Shown: in pieces, positions 47,817 through 56,543 of the stretch
How the letters are laid out: each line of letters begins with the position of its first letter
How positions within the stretch are numbered: position 1 is the first letter of the stretch
Assembly (NCBI GenBank): GCA_964608945.1
Contig: CAZSQB010000001.1
Coordinates: 3,211 to 67,210, forward strand
Direction: 5' to 3'
Length of the DNA stretch: 64,000 bases
DNA from: an uncultured Gammaproteobacteria bacterium
GTDB lineage: Bacteria; Patescibacteriota; Microgenomatia; Levybacterales; UBA12049
Made by a program: the position numbers and the translations under genes
The notes under the pieces: model-generated
Databases searched by the model: none
The model's input: the letters and a program-made list of their open reading frames with translations, nothing else
What the model was told of the DNA's origin: nothing

Positions 47817-48992
47817 ATGTATAGATATAAATTAGCTGAAAGAATTATTGATAAAGAAGATATAGCTGCGTTCACTGCTTGGCTTAGTACAAAAGACAAT
47901 TCCCTGCCGCAGCTTACCAAGGGCCAATTGACCAATAAGCTTGAAATGAGTTGGGCTAAATGGGTTGGTACTAAATATGCGGTTTTTGTAAATTCCGGGT
48001 CCTCAGCTAACTTCCTGATGGCATATGCGGCTCTTCTTACAAAAAAGCTACGCAACAAAAAAGTTATTGTACCGAGTGTGGGATGGGTTACAACAATAAG
48101 CCCTTTTATGCAGCTTGGTTTCGAGCCCATAATGTGCGGAGCAAATCCCGATACTTTAGGGTTTGATCCCAATCACCTCGAAGCCTTGTTGAAAAAACAC
48201 CGACCGGCGCTGGTTATTATGGTTCATGTTCTAGGTGTACCTGATAATATGGACGTATTAAAGCATTTCCAGAAAAAGTATAAATTTATGCTATTGGAAG
48301 ACGCCTGTGCTGCTTTGGGTGCGGAATACGATGGTAAAAAGGTAGGAACGTTTGGTGATATGTCCTCCTTTTCTTTTTATTTTGGACACCAGCTCTCAAC
48401 TATTGAAGGCGGGATGATAAATACTAATAACAAAAAACTCTATGACCTGCTTGTGCTTTTACGAAGCCATGGGTGGGGCAAAGATTTGGACGAGAAAACT
48501 CACTTAAGATTAATGAAAAAATATAAGATAGATGGCTCCCATAAATCCTTCACGTTTTTTGTGCCGGGACTTAATCTGCGAAACACCGAGGTCGGTGCAT
48601 TTTTAGGGCTTCGCATGATGAAAAAAGCTGATCTGGTCACGAGAATTCGCAAGCGTAACCATTTAATATATGCCGCAAGCCTTAAAAATGTTACTTTTCA
48701 GAGGTGGAATAATAAGTCTGTGCCCTGTAGCATTTCGTTTGCTGTTCTCGCAAGAGATGGGGCACACCGAAAGGCATTAGTCAAGGAGCTTAACCGTAAC
48801 GGAATAGAGATACGCATATTTACGGCGGGGAATCTTGGCTTGCATCCTTTCTGGTTTGAAAATTATGGAAGATTTCATCATCCAGTTTCTGATGCAGTGT
48901 ACAGTCGTGGATTCTTTTTGCCAAACCATGAGTCGCTTGCGCCGCAAGATGTAAAATCAATTTGTAAGGTGGTGAACAAAGTAAATCTATGA
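47817..48992 (+). CDS. DegT-family PMP/PLP enzyme with His in place of the active-site Lys. Predicted NDP-4-keto-6-deoxy-sugar 3-dehydratase (ColD/E1-like).
   Basis: FSFYFGHQLSTIEGG. The His codon CAC at 48387..48389 aligns with the Lys of the aminotransferase FYATKSITSAEGG encoded at 31717..32844. The remainder is a typical DegT fold. Confidence 0.7.
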   Translation: MYRYKLAERIIDKEDIAAFTAWLSTKDNSLPQLTKGQLTNKLEMSWAKWVGTKYAVFVNSGSSANFLMAYAALLTKKLRNKKVIVPSVGWVTTISPFMQLGFEPIMCGANPDTLGFDPNHLEALLKKHRPALVIMVHVLGVPDNMDVLKHFQKKYKFMLLEDACAALGAEYDGKKVGTFGDMSSFSFYFGHQLSTIEGGMINTNNKKLYDLLVLLRSHGWGKDLDEKTHLRLMKKYKIDGSHKSFTFFVPGLNLRNTEVGAFLGLRMMKKADLVTRIRKRNHLIYAASLKNVTFQRWNNKSVPCSISFAVLARDGAHRKALVKELNRNGIEIRIFTAGNLGLHPFWFENYGRFHHPVSDAVYSRGFFLPNHESLAPQDVKSICKVVNKVNL

Positions 48993-49921
48993 AAGTTTTA
49001 GTTACCGGCGGTGCCGGCTACATCGGTTCTATACTAGTTCCTATGCTGCTTGAGAAAGGTGCCGCGGTAACGGTAGTGGACAATTTTTTTTATAACCAAA
49101 ATTCACTTCTAGACGTGTGTTATCATCCGAGACTAAAGGTTGTACGGGCAGATGCGCGGGGGGATAAACTCATGGCATCTTTAATGAAAGGACAAGACTA
49201 TATTTTGCCCCTGGCGTGTCTTGTGGGTGCGCCCCTTTGCGAGAAATTCCCGCAGGAAGCAAGAGCCGTAAATCTTGAAGCGATAAAAATGATTTTAAAA
49301 CTCCGAAAGCCTGGCCAGAAAATTATCTTTCCGAATACAAACAGCGGCTACGGCATTGGTAAGGCCGGGATTTATTGTAATGAGGCAACACCCCTTAGGC
49401 CGATTTCTTTATATGGACGGTTGAAAGTAGAAGCTGAAGAGGCGATACTTGCCGCCGGGAACGCCATTACTCTTCGCCTTGCGACCGTTTTTGGCATAAG
49501 TCCTAGAATGAGACTCGATCTTTTAGTGAATGACTTTGTTTACAGGGCTGTGCACGACGGCTATGTAGTCCTTTTTGAGGCAGGTTTTAAGCGAAATTAC
49601 ATTCACATTCGGGATGTAGCACGCGCATTTATCCATTGCATAGATAATTTCAAGAATTTGAAAAATGAACCCTACAATGTAGGACTAACGGATGCCAACC
49701 TTTCCAAACTAGAGCTTTGTGAGGAAATTAAAAGGCAGATTCCGGATTTTACTTTCGTTGTTTCTCCTATCGGTCGCGATCCGGATCAACGCAATTACAT
49801 TGTTTCAAACGTTAAGATAGAAAAGACTGGCTTTATGCCACAGATTTCTTTGCGAGACGGCATAACAGAGCTAATAAAGGGATATCAGATTATAAGGAGG
49901 CATGATTTTACCAACTTATGA
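48989..49921 (+). CDS. NAD(P)-dependent epimerase/dehydratase (extended SDR).
   Basis: MKVLVTGGAGYIGSILV...YGRLKVEAE (YxxxK). Confidence 0.7.
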   Translation: MKVLVTGGAGYIGSILVPMLLEKGAAVTVVDNFFYNQNSLLDVCYHPRLKVVRADARGDKLMASLMKGQDYILPLACLVGAPLCEKFPQEARAVNLEAIKMILKLRKPGQKIIFPNTNSGYGIGKAGIYCNEATPLRPISLYGRLKVEAEEAILAAGNAITLRLATVFGISPRMRLDLLVNDFVYRAVHDGYVVLFEAGFKRNYIHIRDVARAFIHCIDNFKNLKNEPYNVGLTDANLSKLELCEEIKRQIPDFTFVVSPIGRDPDQRNYIVSNVKIEKTGFMPQISLRDGITELIKGYQIIRRHDFTNL

Positions 49922-50871
49922 AGTTGCTGGAAATTTATAGAAAGCTTTATCTTATTCGGAGGAGCGAAGAATTGATTATTAAGCATTATAAAGAAAATGA
50001 AATGAAGACGCCCATGCATATGTCCATGGGTGAAGAAGCCATTGTAGTAGGAGTAGTCGCGGCTCTTCAAAAAAGAGATCAGGTGTTTGGTACTTATAGA
50101 AGTCATGGTTTATATCTGGCGAAGACCGATGATACGGATAAATTTTTTGCCGAACTTTACGGTAAGGTGACCGGTAGCGCTCGCGGAAGGGCGGGGTCAA
50201 TGCATCTTGCCTCGCCCAAGAATTGGATGATGCTTACCTCCGCAGTAGTAGGAACAACCATTCCCGCCGCAGTCGGAGCAGCACTGGCAAATAAATTTCT
50301 AAAGAACCAAAAGGTGGTTGCCTCATTTTTCGGCGATGGTGCGCTTAATGAGGGTGTTTTTTGGGAGAGTTTGAATTTCGCCTGCCTTAAAAAACTGCCA
50401 GTTCTTTTTGTATGCGAAGACAATAATTTTGCTATACACTCGCCAGTTGGCGAGCGCATAGGATATAAATCCATAGTGCAGGTGGTGTCGCAATTCTACT
50501 GTCATGTAGCTGGCAGTGATACTACCGACGTCTTTGAGATTTGTAGGGAAACTTCCGAGATGATTAAGAAAATGAAACAGACCGGCAAGCCGGGATTTCT
50601 TCACTTAAAATACTATCGGTATCTTGAGCATGTAGGCGTGGAGGAGGATTTTCATTTCGGTTATAGGTCAAGACAGGAATTTTTAAAGTGGAAAAGAGTC
50701 GATCCGCTGCTTGTCGCCCGAAGATATTTACTTCGCGCCCGCGTGAAAGAAAACGATATAACCGCCGAAGAATTTATTGTTGACCAAAATCTAGCTCAGA
50801 GTCTTAACAAAGCGCGAAAAGCGCCGTATCCAACCGATGCGGAGTTATTTGCTGATATATATGGCTCGTAG
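49918..50871 (+). CDS. Thiamine-diphosphate-dependent dehydrogenase E1 component, alpha subunit (PDH/acetoin-DH E1-alpha family).
   Basis: FFGDGALNEGVFWESLNFACLKKLPVLFVCEDNNFAI is the GDG-x(25-30)-NN TPP-binding motif. YRSHG. Confidence 0.8.
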   Translation: MKLLEIYRKLYLIRRSEELIIKHYKENEMKTPMHMSMGEEAIVVGVVAALQKRDQVFGTYRSHGLYLAKTDDTDKFFAELYGKVTGSARGRAGSMHLASPKNWMMLTSAVVGTTIPAAVGAALANKFLKNQKVVASFFGDGALNEGVFWESLNFACLKKLPVLFVCEDNNFAIHSPVGERIGYKSIVQVVSQFYCHVAGSDTTDVFEICRETSEMIKKMKQTGKPGFLHLKYYRYLEHVGVEEDFHFGYRSRQEFLKWKRVDPLLVARRYLLRARVKENDITAEEFIVDQNLAQSLNKARKAPYPTDAELFADIYGS

Positions 50872-51907
50872 AATCATTACCTTTGAAAAAGCGGTTAACG
50901 AAGCTATTTTTTTGGAAATGAAACGCGACAAACGCGTTTTCCTTTTCGGTCTTGACGTAACAGATCATAAGAGAATTTTTGGTACAACTGAGGGGTTGGA
51001 GATATTCGGCAGGAACAGGTTTTTTGGAACGCCGCTTTCTGAGGACGCTATGATCGGCGTCGCGCTCGGAGCGGCGATAACGGGGTTAAGACCAATCCAC
51101 GTTCATATACGCGTTGACTTTCTCCTTTTGGCAATGAATCAACTTATAAATATGGTTGCCACAACGGCCTTTGGCAGCGCTGGAAAGTTAAAAGCACCTC
51201 TGGTTATTAGGGCAATTATTGGGCGCGGATGGGGTCAGGGATTTCAACATTCTAAATCATTGCAATCAGTATTTGCTCATATGCCTGGTCTTAAAGTCGT
51301 AATGCCGTCTCGGCCGTCGGACGCCAAGGGATTATTAATATCGGCAATTCGGGACGATAATCCCGTAATTTTTTTGGAGCATCGATGGCTTTATTGGCTG
51401 CAAGGAGATGTGCCGTCGAATGCATACACCATACCGCTTGGGGAATCGTGCATTTTGAGAGCTGGCCGCGACATTACCATCGTGGCAACATCATGGATGA
51501 ACGTTGAGGCCGCGAAAGCTGCGGAGATTCTTTCACGCATACACGGCGTCGAAGCAGAAATCATTGATGTTAGAACAATATACCCCCTTGACGACGAAGC
51601 AATCGTAAAGTCCGTGATAAAGACAGGTCGCTTAATCGTGGCCGATTACGATTGGGAATTCTGTGGATTTAGCGCCGAAGTTGCAGCACGTGTCGCTGAG
51701 AAATGTTTTAATAAATTGAAGTCACCTGTAAGTAGAATCGCCTTTCCTCATACGTCATGTCCCACCACGCGTCCGCTGGAAAACGCATTTTATCCCAATG
51801 CTGCAACTATCATTCGCGAGGTTGAAAAGAAATTGGGGCTCGCGAGAGCGGACTTGCGAAGCGAGGATTTTTATAGTTGGGAGAATAGGTTTAAAGGACC
51901 TTTTTAA
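50861..51907 (+). CDS. TPP-dependent dehydrogenase E1 component, beta subunit (transketolase-like Pyr plus C-terminal domains).
   Basis: FGLDVTDHKRIFGTTEGL...FGTPLSEDAMIGVALGAAITGLRPI...GQGFQHSQSLQSVFAHMPGLKVVMPS. ATG at 50861 is preferred over the track's 50837; it overlaps the alpha stop by 11 nt. Confidence 0.75.
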   Translation: MARRIITFEKAVNEAIFLEMKRDKRVFLFGLDVTDHKRIFGTTEGLEIFGRNRFFGTPLSEDAMIGVALGAAITGLRPIHVHIRVDFLLLAMNQLINMVATTAFGSAGKLKAPLVIRAIIGRGWGQGFQHSKSLQSVFAHMPGLKVVMPSRPSDAKGLLISAIRDDNPVIFLEHRWLYWLQGDVPSNAYTIPLGESCILRAGRDITIVATSWMNVEAAKAAEILSRIHGVEAEIIDVRTIYPLDDEAIVKSVIKTGRLIVADYDWEFCGFSAEVAARVAEKCFNKLKSPVSRIAFPHTSCPTTRPLENAFYPNAATIIREVEKKLGLARADLRSEDFYSWENRFKGPF

Positions 51908-51908
51908 A

Positions 51909-53096
51909 ATGAAAAAATTAAACTGGCCACTCATGAAAAAAAATATTTTAAGGGAAGATTTAGATGCTGTTGTAAAATTTCTTAAAGCTAAAGATGATCT
52001 AATTCTTACCCAATCTAAGAATGTGCGAAAATTTGAAGAAGAATGGTCCAAGTGGCTAGGGGTCAAATACAGTGTTTTAGTTAACTCCGGTGCATCAGCC
52101 AATCTTTTAAGCATCTTAGCAATTCGGCAAATGTATGGTTTGGGTGAGATAATTGTTCCTCCGTTAACTTGGGTATCTGATATTGCATCTGTTATCCAGT
52201 GTGGTTTCAAACCAGTGTTTGTGGATATCAATCCAAGGACACTTGGGATGGATAATGAGCTAGTTTTGAGAAAAATTACCCGTAATACAAAGGCTGTTTT
52301 TTTGACCCATATCTTAGGAATAAACGGCCTCAGTCAAAAATTGTTGGACGAATTGCGCGCAAAAAAAATTCCGCTTGTTGAAGACGTTTGTGAATCATAC
52401 GGAGCAACTTTTAAAGGAAAAAAGCTAGGCACATTTGGCCTTATATCAAATTTTTCTTTCTACTATGCTCATCATATGAGTAGTATTGAAGGAGGAATGA
52501 TTTCCACAAATGATCCTGACATATACGAGATGATCCGTATGGGGCGTAGCCATGGAATGGTACGTGAGGCTGATTCGGAGTCACTAAAAAAATCTTATCA
52601 AAAAAAATATCCTGATCTAAATCCAGATTTTATATTTGCATTTCCAGCATATAATATGCGCTCTACTGAAATAAATGCTGTCATAGGATTATCTCAACTT
52701 CGAAGGCTTTCTAAAAACAATAAAATTCGTTCAAAAAATTTAAAAATATTTTTATCAAATCTGAATCCTAACATATACCAAACAGACTTTGAGACCCGCG
52801 GTAGTTGTAACTATGCATTTGTTTTAGTTCTGAAACAACCTAGTCCCTTACTTGCAAAGAAAGTTATGAGGACGCTTAACGCTTATGGTGTCGAGTTTCG
52901 TAGGGGAACTTCAGGTGGAGGAAATCAGTTAAGGCAACCCTATTTAAGAAAGATTGTTGGCGATAAAGAGTATAAAAAATATCCAAATGTTGAGCATATA
53001 CACTTTTATGGCCTTTATATTGGTAACTACCCTACCTTAGAAGAGAAGAAAATTTACAAGTTGTGCGATGTTCTAAATAATCTTAAGAAGTCGTAG
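51909..53096 (+). CDS. Second DegT-family enzyme with His in place of Lys. Predicted sugar 3-dehydratase (ColD/E1-like).
   Basis: FSFYYAHHMSSIEGG (His codons at 52470..52475). ATG at 51909 lies immediately after the E1-beta stop; the track start at 51798 is a read-through. Confidence 0.7.
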   Translation: MKKLNWPLMKKNILREDLDAVVKFLKAKDDLILTQSKNVRKFEEEWSKWLGVKYSVLVNSGASANLLSILAIRQMYGLGEIIVPPLTWVSDIASVIQCGFKPVFVDINPRTLGMDNELVLRKITRNTKAVFLTHILGINGLSQKLLDELRAKKIPLVEDVCESYGATFKGKKLGTFGLISNFSFYYAHHMSSIEGGMISTNDPDIYEMIRMGRSHGMVREADSESLKKSYQKKYPDLNPDFIFAFPAYNMRSTEINAVIGLSQLRRLSKNNKIRSKNLKIFLSNLNPNIYQTDFETRGSCNYAFVLVLKQPSPLLAKKVMRTLNAYGVEFRRGTSGGGNQLRQPYLRKIVGDKEYKKYPNVEHIHFYGLYIGNYPTLEEKKIYKLCDVLNNLKKS

Positions 53097-53097
53097 C

Positions 53098-54051
53098 ATG
53101 AAAAAGAATAAAGTCTTAGTTTGCGGAGCCAGTGGATTCATTGGTCGCAATATTGCAGAAAGGCTAGGTAAACGCCCTGATATGAAGGTTTATGGAACCT
53201 ATTTTGAAACAAAGCCCAGTATAAAAGGTATTTCTTTGATTAGAGTTGATTTAACAAATAAATCAGAAGTTAGCCAAATTGTCAGGGGTATGGATATTGT
53301 AATCCAGGCGGCTGCAGTAACCTCAGGATCAAAAGATATTGTTACAAAACCATACATTCATGTTACAGATAATGCTATTATGAATAGCCTAATTTTTAAG
53401 TCATGCTTTGATAATCGCGTTAAACATGTTGTATTTTTTAGTTGCACAGTAATGTATCCAAGCAAAAATAATCCTGTAAAAGAGGAGGATTTTAATTATG
53501 AAATTACGGATAAATATTTCGGTGTTGGATGGACAAAAGTATATTTGGAAAAGATGTGTGAGTTCTACTCAAGGATTGGTAATACAAAATATACGGCCAT
53601 AAGACACACAAATATTTATGGTCCCTTTGATAAATACGACTTAGATAAATCTCATTTTTTTGGAGCAACAATAACTAAGGTTTTACGAGCCCGCGATAAC
53701 GAGATTGTTATTTGGGGAGACGGATCTGAAGAAAGAGATCTACTTTATGTTTCAGATTTAGTCGATTTTATTGAGATAGTTTTAAAAAAACAAAAAGAAC
53801 CATTCGAGTTAATTAACATAGGACTAGGAAAGAGTTTTTCTGTAAAAGATGTGATAGGCAAAATTATTGAAATTTCCGGTAAAAATAAAAGCATGGAATT
53901 TGACACCTCAAAGCCCACAATTAAATTTAATTTGGCTGTTAATATTGAGAAAGCACGAAAAAAATATAACTTTAGACCAAAGATTTCTCTTGAAAAAGGA
54001 ATAAAAAAAACAATATCTTGGTATAAGAAAAGCTTTTTAGAAAAAAAATAA
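53098..54051 (+). CDS. NAD(P)-dependent epimerase/reductase (GDP-fucose-synthase-like SDR).
   Basis: KVLVCGASGFIGRNIA...YLEKMCEFY. No 4,6-dehydratase signature, hence a reductase/epimerase call. Confidence 0.65.
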   Translation: MKKNKVLVCGASGFIGRNIAERLGKRPDMKVYGTYFETKPSIKGISLIRVDLTNKSEVSQIVRGMDIVIQAAAVTSGSKDIVTKPYIHVTDNAIMNSLIFKSCFDNRVKHVVFFSCTVMYPSKNNPVKEEDFNYEITDKYFGVGWTKVYLEKMCEFYSRIGNTKYTAIRHTNIYGPFDKYDLDKSHFFGATITKVLRARDNEIVIWGDGSEERDLLYVSDLVDFIEIVLKKQKEPFELINIGLGKSFSVKDVIGKIIEISGKNKSMEFDTSKPTIKFNLAVNIEKARKKYNFRPKISLEKGIKKTISWYKKSFLEKK

Positions 54052-55074
54052 ATGAGAAATACCAAACACAACTTCTATAGAGGTAAAAATGTACTTGTTA
54101 CCGGTGGGACTGGTTTAATAGGAAGACCCTTGGTGGAAATGCTTATTGAGGCCCAAGCTAAGGTAAGGGTTGTTTCTTTGGATGCTCCCTCAAGAGCCCA
54201 TCCTGCGGCGGAATTTTTAAGGTTGGATCTTACTGATGTCAATAATTGCCTAAAAGCTGCTCGGGGAATGAATTACGTGTTTCACCTTGCTGGTATAAAA
54301 GGGTCTCCGAAAATGACCAAAGAGCGTCCAGCAAGTTTCTTTGTCCCGACAATTCTTTTCAATACCAATATGATGGAGGCGGCAAGGCGAACAGGCGTCA
54401 AACACTATCTTTATACAAGTACTATTGGGGTATATGCTCCGGCCGAAGTATTTTATGAAGATGATGTATGGAAGAGTTTTCCTTCTGAAAATGACAAATT
54501 TGCTGGATGGGCAAAGCGTATGGGAGAACTTCAGGCGCAGGCATATAGAATAGAATACGGCTGGAATAAGATTTCCATTTTGAGACCTGCGAATGTGTAC
54601 GGACCTTACGACAACTTTGATCCGGAAAACGCCATGGTAATACCTTCAATCATCGCGCGCTCGCTTGGCGGAGAAAATCCGCTCGTGGTATGGGGTGACG
54701 GAACGCCTATTCGCGATTTCATTCATGCCAAAGACGTAGCGCGAGGAATGATGATGGCTATTGAAAAACGAGTTAATGTCCCAGTTAATTTAGGTAGTGG
54801 TACCGGAGTAACAATAAAACAGATTGCAGAAACAATTGCAAAGTTTGTTCCGGGAGAGCCTATTAAAATTGTTTGGGATAAAAGTAAGCCGATGGGTGAC
54901 AAGAAAAGATTGATGGATATAACAAGGGCAAAAAAACTTCTTGGATTTAAGCCAATAATGTCGCTTGATGAGGGAATTAAAGAAACCATAGATTGGTATC
55001 TAAAAAACAAATCTCTATTGAATAAAAGATATAATATTTTCAATGAACCCAAATCTAAAAAGAAAAAAAAGTAA
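54052..55074 (+). CDS. NAD(P)-dependent epimerase/reductase (GDP-L-fucose synthase family-like SDR).
   Basis: NVLVTGGTGLIGRPLVE...YAPAEV...WAKRMGE...RPANVYGPYDNFDPENAMVIPS. Confidence 0.7.
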   Translation: MRNTKHNFYRGKNVLVTGGTGLIGRPLVEMLIEAQAKVRVVSLDAPSRAHPAAEFLRLDLTDVNNCLKAARGMNYVFHLAGIKGSPKMTKERPASFFVPTILFNTNMMEAARRTGVKHYLYTSTIGVYAPAEVFYEDDVWKSFPSENDKFAGWAKRMGELQAQAYRIEYGWNKISILRPANVYGPYDNFDPENAMVIPSIIARSLGGENPLVVWGDGTPIRDFIHAKDVARGMMMAIEKRVNVPVNLGSGTGVTIKQIAETIAKFVPGEPIKIVWDKSKPMGDKKRLMDITRAKKLLGFKPIMSLDEGIKETIDWYLKNKSLLNKRYNIFNEPKSKKKKK

Positions 55075-55813
55075 TTATTTGATTACCGGTTCTGGAAGTG
55101 GTCTAGGTAAGTATTTTCATGATCAATTAGGGGGGACTTCCTTTAATAGAGATTTTGGGAATGTCGACGAAACAGAAGTACTTATTCATTGCGCTTTTAA
55201 TCTAGCAAGAGAAGTTAATTCCAAAGATCTTTACCAATACCTTCTTGATAATTTTTTTTTAACAAAAAAATTAGCTATAATTCCCCATAAAAAATTTATT
55301 TACGTATCATCAGTGGATGTGTACCCAAAAAATAACAAAAAACATTCTGAAAACGAAATAATAGATGTCAATCAAATATCTGGTTTTTACGGGGTAACCA
55401 AGCTTATGTCAGAAAGCCTAATTCAAAATCTTTGTCCGAACTTTTTGATACTAAGATGCTCAGCACTTCTTGGGAAGGATGCACGCACAAATAGTTTGAA
55501 AAAAATAATAAGAGAAGAGAATCCTACTTTAACTTTATCTTCCGAATCTGTATTCAATTTTATTTTACACAAGGACGTTTTAGAATTTGTAAAGATAGCA
55601 ACTGAAAAAGATCTACAAGGAGTATATAATTTAGTATCATCAGAAAATATCACCCTTTTCCAAATAGCAGAATTACTTGGAAAAAAAGTTAGCTTTGGAA
55701 GTTATATGTACAACGTAGGAGAAATAGATAATAAAAAGGCTTCTTTGGTGGCTTCGTCTTTTAAAAAGACCTCGCGGGAGATAGTAATTGAATTCATGGA
55801 TTTAATATCATGA
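55043..55813 (+). CDS. Short NAD-dependent epimerase/dehydratase-like protein (divergent SDR).
   Basis: YLITGSGSGLGKYF Rossmann motif, YGVTKLMSE (YxxxK). 256 aa. The start overlaps the upstream gene by about 30 nt and may lie further downstream. Confidence 0.5.
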   Translation: MNPNLKRKKSNYLITGSGSGLGKYFHDQLGGTSFNRDFGNVDETEVLIHCAFNLAREVNSKDLYQYLLDNFFLTKKLAIIPHKKFIYVSSVDVYPKNNKKHSENEIIDVNQISGFYGVTKLMSESLIQNLCPNFLILRCSALLGKDARTNSLKKIIREENPTLTLSSESVFNFILHKDVLEFVKIATEKDLQGVYNLVSSENITLFQIAELLGKKVSFGSYMYNVGEIDNKKASLVASSFKKTSREIVIEFMDLIS

Positions 55814-56472
55814 AAACGACTCTTTTTATCCCAACTTTAAATGAAATAGACGGCATGAAAGCTATCATGCCGCGCGTAAAAAAACAGTGGGTCGATGAAA
55901 TCTTGGTGCTCGACGGCAACTCTTCGGACGGCACGGTAGAATATGCTAAATCACTGGGCTATCGAGTCGTCATGCAAAAATCAAAAGGCATCACAAATGC
56001 TTATCGTGAAGCCTTAAAAATCGCTAAAGGCGACATCATTGTGGCTTTTAGCCCGGATGGAAATTCACTGCCAGAGGTCATACCCGAACTGGTCCGGAAA
56101 ATGAAGGAAGGTTACGACATGGTAATCGCCTCCCGGTACATAGGGGGAGCAAAAAGCGATGATGATGATCCGGTCACGGCTTTCGGTAATTGGATGTTTA
56201 CAACATTAATCAATATAGCTTTTGGTGGGAACTATACGGATTCGCTTGTAATGCTCCGAGCATTTAAGAAAGATATCGTTCAAGAACTTCACATCGATGT
56301 TCCGCGGGCCGGAATGGAACCGATTCTATCGATTCGATGCGCCAAGCAAAAACTAAAAGTCGCCGAAATTCCGGCCTCTGAGCCCAAACGCATTGGCGGC
56401 ACACGCAAGATGAATCCCCTTTTAAACGGCTTGGATATTCTCCGCTTGATCTTTGCGGAGCTGATGCACTAA
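55810..56472 (+). CDS. GT2 polyprenyl-phosphate sugar synthase (GtrB/ArnC/DPM1-like, short form).
   Basis: TLFIPTLNEIDGMK...ILVLDGNSSDGT...AFSPDGNSLPE. Noticeably GC-richer than the flanking genes. Confidence 0.75.
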   Translation: MKTTLFIPTLNEIDGMKAIMPRVKKQWVDEILVLDGNSSDGTVEYAKSLGYRVVMQKSKGITNAYREALKIAKGDIIVAFSPDGNSLPEVIPELVRKMKEGYDMVIASRYIGGAKSDDDDPVTAFGNWMFTTLINIAFGGNYTDSLVMLRAFKKDIVQELHIDVPRAGMEPILSIRCAKQKLKVAEIPASEPKRIGGTRKMNPLLNGLDILRLIFAELMH

Positions 56473-56543
56473 CCCAGACGCAGAAAAAATTCTAATCTGT
56501 GCCGCCGCCGCTATGTATTGCGCATTTCCAATTTTTAGGTATA

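Noticed and set aside
47810-48172. Minus-strand 120-aa ORF.
   Set aside because: Lies entirely inside the well-supported + strand DegT-family gene 47817..48992 and has no homology signal. Antisense open frames like this are common. The same applies to 51755..52231 (-), the + strand ORF 16495..16902 (135 aa), and the other short ORFs in the track that are nested in long + strand genes, such as 24187..24486 and 29056..29241.
51798-51908. Extended start of the second dehydratase at 51798, overlapping E1-beta by 110 nt.
   Set aside because: ATG at 51909 immediately follows the E1-beta stop (TAAAATG). The N-terminus MKKLNWPLMKKNILREDLDAV aligns with the start of the paralog at 47817. The upstream extension is E1-beta sequence read in another frame.
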